From Halodesulfurarchaeum sp. (lineage in GTDB: Archaea > Halobacteriota > Halobacteria > Halobacteriales > Halobacteriaceae): DNA of 64,000 nucleotides. The notes beneath the pieces are model-generated. The model did no database searches. It had not been told where the DNA came from and worked only from the letters and a program-made list of their open reading frames with translations. The DNA lies in the NCBI GenBank assembly GCA_034520565.1, contig JAXHNL010000002.1:736001-800000 (forward strand). Direction: 5' to 3'. The position numbers and the translations under genes are program-made. Positions 28,301 to 38,426 of the stretch are shown here, piece after piece. Within the stretch, counting starts at the first letter, position 1. The number at the start of each line of letters is the position of its first letter.

Positions 28301-31135
28301 CTACGAGAGAAGAATCGCCGGTCGGAACGGTTCCGCCTGACCTGCCTTTTCGGCGTCGGAATCGGCTTCGGGGACGACCTCGACCGTCGCGTCGAACTCA
28401 CCCTCGAGGAACGCGGCGGCCTCCTCGTAGAGCTCTCGCTCGTCGATTTCGGTCATTGCCTCCAGTTCGGCGTCGTCGAGTCCGCGGACGGTCTCGATCA
28501 GCTCCCCGACGAGGTCGTTCACGGTCTCGCCGCGCTCTCTGAGGTCCGGGTCCGCCATGACCTGACCCATCGCCGCCCCCTGATCCGGGCCGGTCTCGAG
28601 GACGGTCTCGAAGACCTGCCCCTTCCAGTCGGCCGCGAGGAAGAGTCGGATCGTCTCGGGATCGGTCCCGGTCACGTCCACGATGTCCCGGACGTCCTCG
28701 GTGACGGCCTCGATGAGGGTCTCCTCGAACTCGACGACCGCACTCTCCAGTGACGGGTCCGGTTCGGGCCAGCCGGCGTCCTCGACGGGCTCGCCGGTCA
28801 GCTGCTCGTGGAGTTCGTTCGTCACGAACGGAATGATCGGGGCGAGCAACCGCAACCGGGTCCGGAGCACTTCGGCGCGGGTAAAGCGGGCACCCGGCCG
28901 ATCGAGGTCGGTCCGCTTCCGGTACCAGCGAAGCGCCTCCTCGAGCTGGTAGAACGCGTCCTGGCTGGCGTGACGGGTGCTGAACCCGTCCATCGCCTCG
29001 GTGACGTCCCGGACGATTCCCTGGAGCTTCGACAGCAGCCACCGATCGATGCGTTCGAGGTGGGGCTGGGCTTCGGATATGTCGGCCCGAATGACTTCCT
29101 GGGCCCGGCGCCAGAATCCCGCGAGCTGGTCCCGGGTCCCCTGGACGTCCTCGGCCCGCCAGTCGTAGTCCTGCCAGGGCTCCGCGGAGTTCAACAGGAA
29201 GAACCGCACGGTGTCTGCGCCGTACTCCTCGATGGCCTCGGTGGGGAGCACGACGTGGCCCTTCGAAGAGGACATCTTGGTGCCTTCGAGCAGGCCCATG
29301 CCCATGATGGTAATTCCCTGGGGCCACTGGGGCTCTTCGAAGAGTTCGGCGTGATGGAAGAGGTAAAAGGAGAGGTGATTGGAGATGAGGTCGTTCGCGG
29401 AACACCGGTAGTCCACGGGGTACCAGTAGTCCCACTCCTCGCGCAAGTCGAGGGCCTGCTCGTCAGGTTCGGTTACCGCCTCCGGCCCGTAGAACAGCGT
29501 GTCGAAGAACTCCCGGGTGAGATCCTCGGTCGGAACCTCGTCGATCCGGTGGGCAATCGTGTAGTAGGCCATGTAGATCGTCGAGTCCGAGAGCGGCTCG
29601 ATGACGAAGTCCTCGTCCCACGGAAGCCGGGTGCCCAATCCGTAGTTCCGGATGCAGGGCCACTCGTTCAGCCAGTCGATCGTGTGATAGTACTGCTCCC
29701 GGGTGTTCTCCGGGATCGCGTCCATGTTCTCGACGATTTTCCGGGTCTGTTCCTTCCAGTCCTCGTCGCTGTAGCTCAGAAACCAGGTGTCCTGCTTTGC
29801 GACCTCGACGTCCCCGCCACACCGGCAGACGACCTCCTCGCTGAACTCGTGCATCGAGTCGAAGGCTCCCCGAGACTGGAAGTGCTCGTCCAGCTCCTCA
29901 CGAACCTCCTCGATGAGCCGTCCGGCGTATTCGTCGTACAGGTCTTTGAGCCGACCGGCATGGAACTCGCGGTTGTACACCTCCTGGGTCGCCTCCTCCA
30001 GGGCCGGATCGTCCTGGCCCTGGATGTCGTATTCCTCGACGGCGTCTTTCGCCGGGAACTCCCCGTAGCCCTCGACGTCGATGATGGACCGTGGCTTGAT
30101 TCCCTCGACCGCGTCGGGGTCGATGCCGAACTCCGCCATCAGTGCGTCGTCGGCTTTGGCTTCTTCGAGAGCCACCCAGTCGTCCGGGCTGTGGCCCGGG
30201 ACGGACATGACGATCCCCGTGGCGTTCTCGGGGTCGACGAAGCTGGCGGGCAAGATGAGCACCTCCTCACCGGTGACGGGATTCTCGACCGTCTCGCCGA
30301 CCAGCGCCTCGCCGTCGAACTCCCGATTGACCGTAATATCTCGCTGCTGAAGTTCGAGTTTCTCCACGGCCGGGACCGAAACGATCCAGTCCTCGCCGTC
30401 GACGGTGGCCTCGACGTATCGCCCCTCGGGGAGAATGAAGGCGTTCGTGACCCCCCGGACGGTCTCGGGGCGGAGCGTGGCCATCGGAATCGTCACCCCG
30501 TCGTGGTCGAACTTGATGAGCGTGTACTCCTGGAACTCGGCCTCCTCGCCCTCGAGGATGTCGTGGGTCGTGACCGGGTTCTCCTCCTCGGTGCAGTACT
30601 TGACGGGGTGAAGCCCTTTCTCTAGCCGGCCCCGGTCCCGGAGGGTCTCGTACTGCCAGGTGATGAACTTCGAGTAGCGCTCGTCGTTCGTGGTGAACTC
30701 CCGGCGCCAGTCGATCGAGAGCCCCAGGGACTGCATGTTCTGCTTGTAGTGGTTCTCGATGAAGTAGCGGGCATATCCCATCGGCGTCTCGAGGTCGGAG
30801 AGCTCGTCCTCGGGAACGCCGTAGGTGTCACGGAGCACCGAGAGCTGTTCCTCCTCGCCCTTCTGGAGCCGGTTGACGGCCCCGACGATCGGCGTGCCGG
30901 TGACGTGCCAGCCGATCGGGAAGAGCACGTTGTCCCCCTGGAGGCGCCGATATCGGGCGTACACGTCCGGGACCGTGTACGTGCGTGCGTGGCCGATGTG
31001 CATCCCGCCGCTGGGGTAGGGATACGGGACGGTGACGAAGGTCGCCTCCTCGTCGTCGGGGTCGACCTCGTATCGCCCGTCTTCGGCCCAGCGCTCCTGC
31101 CACTTCCGCTCGATGTCCCGGGGGGGATAGTCCAT
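28301..31135 (-). CDS. leuS: Leucine--tRNA ligase
   Basis: PYPYPSGGMHIGH, ATLRPET, GTRLPWD...IEPLSDSTIYMAYY, KMSSSKG. Confidence 0.97.
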   Translation of the reverse strand: MDYPPRDIERKWQERWAEDGRYEVDPDDEEATFVTVPYPYPSGGMHIGHARTYTVPDVYARYRRLQGDNVLFPIGWHVTGTPIVGAVNRLQKGEEEQLSVLRDTYGVPEDELSDLETPMGYARYFIENHYKQNMQSLGLSIDWRREFTTNDERYSKFITWQYETLRDRGRLEKGLHPVKYCTEEENPVTTHDILEGEEAEFQEYTLIKFDHDGVTIPMATLRPETVRGVTNAFILPEGRYVEATVDGEDWIVSVPAVEKLELQQRDITVNREFDGEALVGETVENPVTGEEVLILPASFVDPENATGIVMSVPGHSPDDWVALEEAKADDALMAEFGIDPDAVEGIKPRSIIDVEGYGEFPAKDAVEEYDIQGQDDPALEEATQEVYNREFHAGRLKDLYDEYAGRLIEEVREELDEHFQSRGAFDSMHEFSEEVVCRCGGDVEVAKQDTWFLSYSDEDWKEQTRKIVENMDAIPENTREQYYHTIDWLNEWPCIRNYGLGTRLPWDEDFVIEPLSDSTIYMAYYTIAHRIDEVPTEDLTREFFDTLFYGPEAVTEPDEQALDLREEWDYWYPVDYRCSANDLISNHLSFYLFHHAELFEEPQWPQGITIMGMGLLEGTKMSSSKGHVVLPTEAIEEYGADTVRFFLLNSAEPWQDYDWRAEDVQGTRDQLAGFWRRAQEVIRADISEAQPHLERIDRWLLSKLQGIVRDVTEAMDGFSTRHASQDAFYQLEEALRWYRKRTDLDRPGARFTRAEVLRTRLRLLAPIIPFVTNELHEQLTGEPVEDAGWPEPDPSLESAVVEFEETLIEAVTEDVRDIVDVTGTDPETIRLFLAADWKGQVFETVLETGPDQGAAMGQVMADPDLRERGETVNDLVGELIETVRGLDDAELEAMTEIDERELYEEAAAFLEGEFDATVEVVPEADSDAEKAGQAEPFRPAILLS

Positions 31136-31252
31136 ACCACTGGGTCTCGGGGCGGCGATAAAAGGACTTGTGACACCGGCTCGAACTCCTGCGGGCGGCG
31201 TTCCCGACGATGTCTCGGTCCGTCGACGCAGCCTCGACGGGCCGGGTTTGGC

Positions 31253-31687
31253 TTACTCGATGTCGATGCGGTGGGCGTCCTCGCCCCTCTCGGCCTTCGG
31301 GAGGCAGACGGTTAGCACGCCGTTCGTGAAGGTTGCCTCGACGTCGTCGGCTTCGACACGTCCTGGGAGGGTGACCCGTCGGTCAACGGAGCGTTCGCGT
31401 CGCTCCCGGCGGACGTACCGGCCCGGCTCCGCTTCCTCCGACTCGGACTCGCTCTCGGCCTGGATCCGGAGCTGGTCCTCGAGGAGTTCGACCTCGATGT
31501 CCTCGCTTTCGTAGCCCGGCAGATCGGCGGTGACCTCGAAGGCGTCGTCGAACTCCGCGACGTCGACCTTGAGCCGGCCCGGCCAGGCCGATTCGATTCC
31601 GCTCCACTGTTCGACGTCCTGGAACTGGTCGCTCATTCGCTCGAAGAGGCGTTCGATCTCGTCGATGGGGGATGGCTTTCTGGTCAT
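31253..31687 (-). CDS. Hsp20/alpha-crystallin small heat-shock protein
   Basis: ADLPG, RRER, ATFTNGVLTV.LPK, C-terminal IDI. Confidence 0.93.
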   Translation of the reverse strand: MTRKPSPIDEIERLFERMSDQFQDVEQWSGIESAWPGRLKVDVAEFDDAFEVTADLPGYESEDIEVELLEDQLRIQAESESESEEAEPGRYVRRERRERSVDRRVTLPGRVEADDVEATFTNGVLTVCLPKAERGEDAHRIDIE

Positions 31688-31753
31688 GCAAGTATTATAT
31701 CGGTTCGCAAAGGACAAAAAGCTGTTCCTCGGATCGGACGGTTCTTCCTGCGC

Positions 31754-32560
31754 TTAGACGACGTGCTCGACGTCGTATGAGCCCATGCGCTTCACCCACC
31801 CGTTTTCGGCCAGCCCCTCGATCACCTCGATTGCGGCCTGGGTCCGCTCCTCGTAGAGGCCGGCGGCGATGTCGATGTGGAAGACGTAATCGCCCAGTCG
31901 CTCCCCGCTGGGACGGGACTCCAGCCGCGAGAGATTGATGTCGCGGTCGGCGAACGGCTCGAGCAGTTCGAGCAGCAGCCCCGGATAGTTCGTGTTCGGG
32001 TAGACGATCAGTGAGGTCTTCCCGCCCGATTTGGTCCGCTCCGCCGGGCCCGCGATGGCGAAAAACCGGGTGGCATTCGAGGTACGATCCTGGATGTCCT
32101 CGGCGAGGACGGAAAGCTCACTCCCCGCGTTGTCGGGGTGCCCGATTCCGGCGACAGAGGGATTCTGACGCGCTCGCTCGACCCCCCGGGCCGTCGAGGC
32201 GACGGCCTCGAGATCGGCGTCGGGATACTCCTCGAGGAGATAACTCCGACACTGTGCGAGCGCCTGGGAGTGACTCGCGACGACCGAGAAGTCCTCGCCC
32301 TGTGCCAGCAACGCGTGTTGGATCGGGGTGACGATCTCCCGGGTCACGGCCACTTCGGCGTCCGAGAGCGCGTCCAGACTCTCAGTCACCGAGCCCTCGA
32401 TGCTGTTCTCGATGGGGACGACCCCCAGGTTGAACTCCCCGGAGGCGACCCCGCTCACGATGCCGTGGACCGACTCTCGGAACGCGATTTCCCCGTCGGC
32501 GACGGCGGTCGCGGCGCGGTGGGAGTAGGTCCCCTCCGGGCCCAGTGTCACGGTCGTCAT
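31754..32560 (-). CDS. pheA: Prephenate dehydratase
   Basis: LGPEGTYS, PIENSIEG, SHSQALAQC, NATRF, ACT domain with INLSRLESRP. Confidence 0.96.
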   Translation of the reverse strand: MTTVTLGPEGTYSHRAATAVADGEIAFRESVHGIVSGVASGEFNLGVVPIENSIEGSVTESLDALSDAEVAVTREIVTPIQHALLAQGEDFSVVASHSQALAQCRSYLLEEYPDADLEAVASTARGVERARQNPSVAGIGHPDNAGSELSVLAEDIQDRTSNATRFFAIAGPAERTKSGGKTSLIVYPNTNYPGLLLELLEPFADRDINLSRLESRPSGERLGDYVFHIDIAAGLYEERTQAAIEVIEGLAENGWVKRMGSYDVEHVV

Positions 32561-32626
32561 GCTCCGGGATACAGCATGGCGTGGGAAAAGGTCATCGGGG
32601 CGTCGGATTGACTACTCGACGGTCAC

Positions 32627-34046
32627 CTACCGATTCAGCGTGTGGATAGCGTGCCCGAGGGCGTTCTCCGCGGCTTCCATGGTGGCCTCCGCGAGCGTCG
32701 GGTGGGTGTGGACCGTCTCGGCGACGTCCTCGATGGTCGCGCCGGTTTCGACCGCCAGTCCGAGTTCGGCGATGAGCTCGGAGGCCTCTCGGCCGACGAT
32801 TCGGGCCCCGAGGACCGTTCCCTCGTCCGCGTCGCCGACGATCCGGACGAAGCCTTCGGTGTGCCCGGTACTCAGAGCGCCGCCCGCTGGATCGGAAGGG
32901 GAACTCCCCGACGACGGTGTCGTAGCCGGTCTCCTCGGCCTCCTCCTTCGAGAGCCCGACCATCGCGATTTCGGGATCCGTGAAGACGGCCGCGGGAACG
33001 ACCTTCTCGGCCATCGAGGCGTCCTCGCCGGCGATGACCGAGGCGGCGACTTCGCCCTCCGCGCTCCCTGCGTGGGCGAGGAGCGGTTCCCCGGCCACGT
33101 CGCCGATCGCGAAGACGTGGTCGGTGCTCGTGCGGCCCTGGTCGTCGGTCTCGACGAAGCCGTGCTCGTCGAAGTCGATCCCGAGGGCCTCGAGGTTCGC
33201 CGAGTCGGTGACCGGCTCGCGGCCCACCGCGACGATCGCTTTGTCGGCCTCGTAGGTGGATACCTCGCCGTCCTCGGTCTCGGTTTCGAGGACGATGCCG
33301 GAATCGGTCCCCGTCCAGTCGCTTGCGGCCTCCCCGAACTGGAACTCGATGTCGAGTTCCTCGGCCTGCTGTTCGACTGGGCGGGTGAGGTCCCGGTCGT
33401 AGCCCGGCAGCATTTCCTCGAGCATTTCGACGACGGTTACGGAGACCCCGAGCTTGACGAAGACGGTCGAGAGTTCCATCCCGATGTAGCCCGCGCCGAC
33501 GACCACGAGTTCCTCGGGGACCGTATCGAGATCGAGCGCGTGCCGCGAGGAGAGGACGTGTTCCCCGTCGAATTCGAAGCCCGGGATCTCGATCGGCCGC
33601 GATCCCGTCGCGACGATCGCGTTGTCGAACTCGTAGCGCTCCTCGCCGCCCTCCAGGAGGTCGACAGTCAGGGAGTGCTCGTCCTCGAAGGTGGCGGTTC
33701 CCTCGACCAGGTTCACGCGATTGGCCTTACAGAGCTTCTGGACGGCCCCGGTAAGGGTGTCGACGACGCCGTCCTTCCACGCGACCATCTCCCCGAAGTC
33801 GACCTCGGGGTCGGCGTAGACGCCCATCGCCTCTGCGTGACCGGCCTCGTAGGCCACGTCCGTGGCGTGGATGAGTGCCTTGGAGGGAATACAGCCGAAG
33901 TTCAAGCACGTCCCACCGAACTCGCCCGCCTCGATGAGCGTGACGTCCAGATCGAGCTGTGCGGCTCGGATGGCGGCGACGTAGCCGCCCGTGCCGGCCC
34001 CCACGATCGCGACGTCGGTGTGTGTCGACTCGGAATCGGATGCCAT
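32627..34046 (-). CDS. lpdA: Dihydrolipoyl dehydrogenase, with a 1-nt frameshift near 32880
   Basis: GGYVAAIRAAQ, GGTCLNFGCIPSK, IATGSRP, FTDPE. The C-terminus with HPTL..A and IHTLNR* is in the shifted frame, ending at TAG 32627. Confidence 0.92.
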
Positions 34047-34165
34047 TGGCGGCCCTACTGGCGGGGGCCTATTGAGCCGTTCCCTTCGCCGCGGACGGTT
34101 GGATCCGACTTGTAGTTCGCTCGGGACGAAACGGCTTTCCGCGGACCACCCCTCTCAACGGACAG

Positions 34166-36511
34166 ATGGACGTCGCCGAGGTTGTTCCCGAGTTCGCCGA
34201 CGTATTCTCCTTTGACGCCTTCAACGAGATGCAGCGGACGGCGTTGCCGGCCGTGCTCGATACGGACGACAACGTCGTCATCAGCGCGCCCACGGGCAGC
34301 GGCAAGACGGCCCTCGCGGAACTCGCGATCATCGAGGCGCTCGAATCCGGCGGGACTGCCCTTTTCATCGCCCCGATGCGGGCGCTCACGAACGAGAAGG
34401 AAAGCGAGTGGGAGCGCATCGAGGCCCTTGGCTACTCGGTCTACGTCGTGACCGGCGAACGGGATCTCAACCCCCGGCTGGCCGAGCGGGCGGACGTGCT
34501 CGTGATGACGCCGGAGAAGGTGGATTCGGCCACGCGCAAGCACGATACCCCACGATACGCCTTCGTTACCGACGTCGACGTCGTCGTCATCGACGAGGTC
34601 CACCTCCTCGATTCGCGATCCCGAGGGAGCGTGCTAGAGGTGGTCGTCTCGCGGCTCCGGCGACTGGTCGATCCCCGCTTTGTCGCCCTCTCGGCGACAA
34701 TGCAGAACATCGGAGAAGTCGCCGCGTGGCTCGACGCCCCCGAGGAGACCACCTTCGACTTCGACTCGAGCTACCGGCCCGTGGACCTCCACGCTGGCGT
34801 CGAGACCTACACCCACGGCGAGAACGCCTTCGCGGACAAGTACCGGCGACTGTACACCGCCCTCGACCTCGCCGAACCCCACCTCGAGGAGGACGGGCAG
34901 GCACTGGTCTTTGTCTCCTCCCGCCAGGACACCGTGAAAGCCGCCGAAACGGCGAGAGACGAGATCGCAAAGCGGGACATTCCGGTCGGCGACCGGGGCG
35001 ATTACGACTTTCACTCCCGGACTCAGGTGCTGGACAACGACACGCTGCGCCAGTCGGTCCTCGACGGCGTGGCCTTCCACCACGCCGGCCTCTCGAAGAA
35101 CGACAAGGACCACGTCGAGGCGTGGTTCCGCGAGGGGCGTATCGACCTGCTCTTCTCGACGTCAACCCTCGCCTGGGGGGTCAACCTCCCCGCCCGGTGT
35201 GTCGTGATCCGCGACACGAAGCTCCACGACCCCCTTTCGGGCGAGGTGGACATGAGCCCGCTCGACATCCTCCAGATGCTCGGCCGAGCCGGCCGACCGG
35301 GGTATGACGACGTCGGCTACGGTTGGATCGTTGCCGACCGGGTGGAAGCAGAGAAGTACCGGCGCCTGCTCCGGGACGGGAAGGAGATCGAGTCTCGGCT
35401 GGCGGAGAACCTTGCAGAACACGTCAACGCCGAGATCGCCCTGGGCACGATCTCGGGCATCGAGGACGTCCTCGACTGGCTCGAGACGACCTTCTACTTC
35501 CAGCGGGCGGGCTACACTCGGGGCGATTCGGCCTACGACGACGTCCGGAGGCGCGTCCGGGCCGTTCTCGACGACCTGCTCGATTGGGGGTTCGTCGAGA
35601 TCGACGCGGACCTCGGGCTCTCGCCGATGCCGATGGGCCAGCTGGCCTCGCGGTACTACCTCCGGCTGCCGACCGCCGAACGGTTCCGGGATCTCGTCGA
35701 CGTCGAGCCCGACGAGCGCGAGATCCTCGCGGCGGTGGCCCAGGCCGAGGAGTTCGACAGCGTGAGCGCCAGAGGGGACGAACGCGACGCCATCGAAGCG
35801 GTGCTCGGACGGGACACCGGCTCGCTCGAGCAAGGGGCCCGGAAGATCCTCGCGATCCTGGCGGCCAGCATGGACGGGGAGTTACCCCCTGAACTTCGCT
35901 CGGACGCGTGGGTCATCAAACAGAACGCGCTCCGGCTGCTCGCGGCCGCCCGGGCCTTTTTCGATCGCTTCGACCGGCCGGCCGGGGCGAACCGCTGTCG
36001 CCGGATCGAGGCCCGGGTCGAGACCGGGGTCCCGCCGGAGGCGGTGGGATTGACGGCTATCGACGGAGTCGGCGCCGGGCGCGGGCAGCGTCTCGCCCGA
36101 TCCGGATTGACGGACCCGGCTGCCGTCGTCGAGGCCGGCGTCTCGGGACTCGTGGAGGCCGGACTTGGCGAGGAAGTCGCCCGAAGCGTCGCGAGCGGGG
36201 CCGCCCGGCTTCCCCGGGTGGAGATCGACTGGGGCGACTTCCCCGCGTCGGTGCCGGCGGGGGAAAACGACATGCAGGAGGTGACGGTTCGAACCGAGGG
36301 CAGCGGCGCTCGAACCGGGATCCGGGTGACGGTCAACGGGGTGGAGATGACCCGTTCGGTTCGCTACGTCAGCGAGGCGGAAACGGTGCCGGTCGGAGTC
36401 TTCGGTGCGAACGACGACGAACTCACCTACGCTATCGAGGTCACGTTTCCCGACCATCCGCTCTGCCCTCACACCGAGACACGGACCGTCAGGGTTGAGC
36501 CAGACGTTTAA
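34166..36511 (+). CDS. Ski2-like SF2 helicase with Sec63-like, HhH and C-terminal beta-rich domains
   Basis: APTGSGKT, TPEK, DEVH, SAT, HHAGL, STSTLAWGVNLPA, QMLGRAGRPG, HhH GVGAG. Confidence 0.9.
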   Translation: MDVAEVVPEFADVFSFDAFNEMQRTALPAVLDTDDNVVISAPTGSGKTALAELAIIEALESGGTALFIAPMRALTNEKESEWERIEALGYSVYVVTGERDLNPRLAERADVLVMTPEKVDSATRKHDTPRYAFVTDVDVVVIDEVHLLDSRSRGSVLEVVVSRLRRLVDPRFVALSATMQNIGEVAAWLDAPEETTFDFDSSYRPVDLHAGVETYTHGENAFADKYRRLYTALDLAEPHLEEDGQALVFVSSRQDTVKAAETARDEIAKRDIPVGDRGDYDFHSRTQVLDNDTLRQSVLDGVAFHHAGLSKNDKDHVEAWFREGRIDLLFSTSTLAWGVNLPARCVVIRDTKLHDPLSGEVDMSPLDILQMLGRAGRPGYDDVGYGWIVADRVEAEKYRRLLRDGKEIESRLAENLAEHVNAEIALGTISGIEDVLDWLETTFYFQRAGYTRGDSAYDDVRRRVRAVLDDLLDWGFVEIDADLGLSPMPMGQLASRYYLRLPTAERFRDLVDVEPDEREILAAVAQAEEFDSVSARGDERDAIEAVLGRDTGSLEQGARKILAILAASMDGELPPELRSDAWVIKQNALRLLAAARAFFDRFDRPAGANRCRRIEARVETGVPPEAVGLTAIDGVGAGRGQRLARSGLTDPAAVVEAGVSGLVEAGLGEEVARSVASGAARLPRVEIDWGDFPASVPAGENDMQEVTVRTEGSGARTGIRVTVNGVEMTRSVRYVSEAETVPVGVFGANDDELTYAIEVTFPDHPLCPHTETRTVRVEPDV

Positions 36512-36537
36512 ACCGTAAGACCGGGCCATGACGGCCC

Positions 36538-37269
36538 ATGCAGGACACGATTCGGGTGATCGCCGGTCGGTGTACGATTCGCCACGAGGCAGACGAGCAG
36601 TCGGAATCGGAGGGCGAGGTGGTCGTGCTGGTCAAGCCGGACAACACGGTGCTCGTGCACGACATCTCCGGGTATCGGCCAGCCGGCTGGTTGACGCGGG
36701 CGGATTCGGTCCAGCTCTCGCTCTCGGAGGGTGCGTTCGACCTGCGTGCTCAGTCCGGCGTGGAGACCCTGCACGTCACCGGCGAGGATCCCGCAGTCGC
36801 CGAGTTTCCGGCGACGGCAGCCGGCACCCCTGTCGGTACCTGTCCGGACTGCGGCGCATCGATGGTCCGGGCCGCCGGCGAAGTCTCCTGTCTGGGCTGT
36901 GGGGCTCCCTATCCACTTCCGCGGAACGCGACCGTCACCGGTTCGACCTGTGAGACGTGTGGCTTGCCGACCATCTCGCTCACCCGCGGGACCGACCTCG
37001 AGGTCTGTCTCGACCGCGAGTGCGAGCCGATCGACGCGGCCGTGCGGGCGAATTTCGAGGGCGAATGGACCTGTCCGACCTGCGGATCGGACCTGGCGAT
37101 CGCCCGGGCCCGGACCCTCGGAGCGCAGTGTCCGACCTGCGAGACCCACTACCCGATCCCGGACGGGGAGGTTTCCGGATCGTGTACTTGCGGGCTCCCG
37201 TGGTTCGAAACCGACCACGGGGGCCGGTGTCTCGATCCGGAGTGTTCCGTGTCCGCTCCGACGCCCTAA
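36538..37269 (+). CDS. NucS N-terminal-like domain fused to multiple C4 zinc ribbons
   Basis: VLVKPDNTVLVHD..GY.P..W followed by repeated CxxC pairs; no nuclease domain visible. Confidence 0.75.
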   Translation: MQDTIRVIAGRCTIRHEADEQSESEGEVVVLVKPDNTVLVHDISGYRPAGWLTRADSVQLSLSEGAFDLRAQSGVETLHVTGEDPAVAEFPATAAGTPVGTCPDCGASMVRAAGEVSCLGCGAPYPLPRNATVTGSTCETCGLPTISLTRGTDLEVCLDRECEPIDAAVRANFEGEWTCPTCGSDLAIARARTLGAQCPTCETHYPIPDGEVSGSCTCGLPWFETDHGGRCLDPECSVSAPTP

Positions 37270-37318
37270 CCTCAGGCCCGAGAGTCACATTGATGCGGGA
37301 CCCGGCCCTGGAACCGGT

Positions 37319-38425
37319 ATGGACGGTGCGCTGCGGGATGGCGAGATACACGTCGGCGGAGACGCGAAGCAGCGCTTCCACGACTCGCGTGGCTACGGTC
37401 GTCCCCTTTCGGGCGACTCGATAGCCCTGGCGCCGGTCGAGGCGGCCCACCTTCTCTATCGGGGCGACCTCGACTCGGTTTCCGGGATGGGATTCCGGGA
37501 CTTCCTTTCGTCCCGGGAGCCGGGCTTTGGCCCCCGCTTTCTGGTCTACGTCGACCTGCGAGACCGGGGATTCTATCTCTCGCCCGCGCGCGAGGGGTGG
37601 GTTCCCGACAGCATCGACCGTCCCGGGGACGGGTCCGAAGAGCCCGCGACGAGGGCCGGTCCGGACCGCGAGCGAACCGCCCCGGACGGCCCGGACTTCG
37701 TCGTCTACCCGCGGGGGAAGGGGCCCCAGAACGGCGAAGTCGCCTACCGGGTCACGGTGGTAAGCGAACGGACCGAAATTCCGGGGACGGCACTCGACCT
37801 TGGCGTCTTCGCCGTCGCCGACGAGGAGGGCGACCTGACCTACCTCGAGGTCGAAGGATTCGACCCGGACGGCGAAACCGAATTCGAGCCGGAGGGAACG
37901 GTCACGGGTTCGCTCCTCGACGACCGAGTGCTGGTCTGGGACACCCCGGATGGGCTCTACGAGGAGGGCTTCTACGGCCAGCCGCTCGCCGGTCGGGGAG
38001 CGACACACGACGTCCTCCACCTCTCGCTGCTCGAGGCGGCGGACCTCGCGGCTCGCGGCGTCCTCGCGCTCGAATCCGGCGAAGGCGTCGAGGCGATTCT
38101 GGAGCGCGGCCGGACCGTCGAGGGCGAACGCTTCGACCGACGGCTCAGGGTCTACCGGACCCTCCGGGACCGGGATACTGCCCCCCGGACCGGCTTCAAG
38201 TTCGGTGCGGACTTTCGGGTGTATCGCGCCGTGGAGTCCGCGGAGAACCCGGGCCACTCCGCGTTTCTGGTTCGGGTCCGGCCACTGGACCACGTCTTTG
38301 GTCCCCGGGATCTGGCACTCGACGTGCGGATGGCCCACGGGGTCAGGAAACGAATGGTTTTTGCGCTCGACGGGGCCAAGGGCGAACAGACACGGTGGCT
38401 CGCGGTGAGTCGCCTCACCCCATAA
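37319..38425 (+). CDS. endA: tRNA-intron endonuclease (alpha2 type)
   Basis: Two repeats: VEAAHL/LEAADL, VY.DLR.RG, TGFKFGADFRVY, HS, RMAHGVRK. Confidence 0.95.
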   Translation: MDGALRDGEIHVGGDAKQRFHDSRGYGRPLSGDSIALAPVEAAHLLYRGDLDSVSGMGFRDFLSSREPGFGPRFLVYVDLRDRGFYLSPAREGWVPDSIDRPGDGSEEPATRAGPDRERTAPDGPDFVVYPRGKGPQNGEVAYRVTVVSERTEIPGTALDLGVFAVADEEGDLTYLEVEGFDPDGETEFEPEGTVTGSLLDDRVLVWDTPDGLYEEGFYGQPLAGRGATHDVLHLSLLEAADLAARGVLALESGEGVEAILERGRTVEGERFDRRLRVYRTLRDRDTAPRTGFKFGADFRVYRAVESAENPGHSAFLVRVRPLDHVFGPRDLALDVRMAHGVRKRMVFALDGAKGEQTRWLAVSRLTP

Positions 38426-38426
38426 C

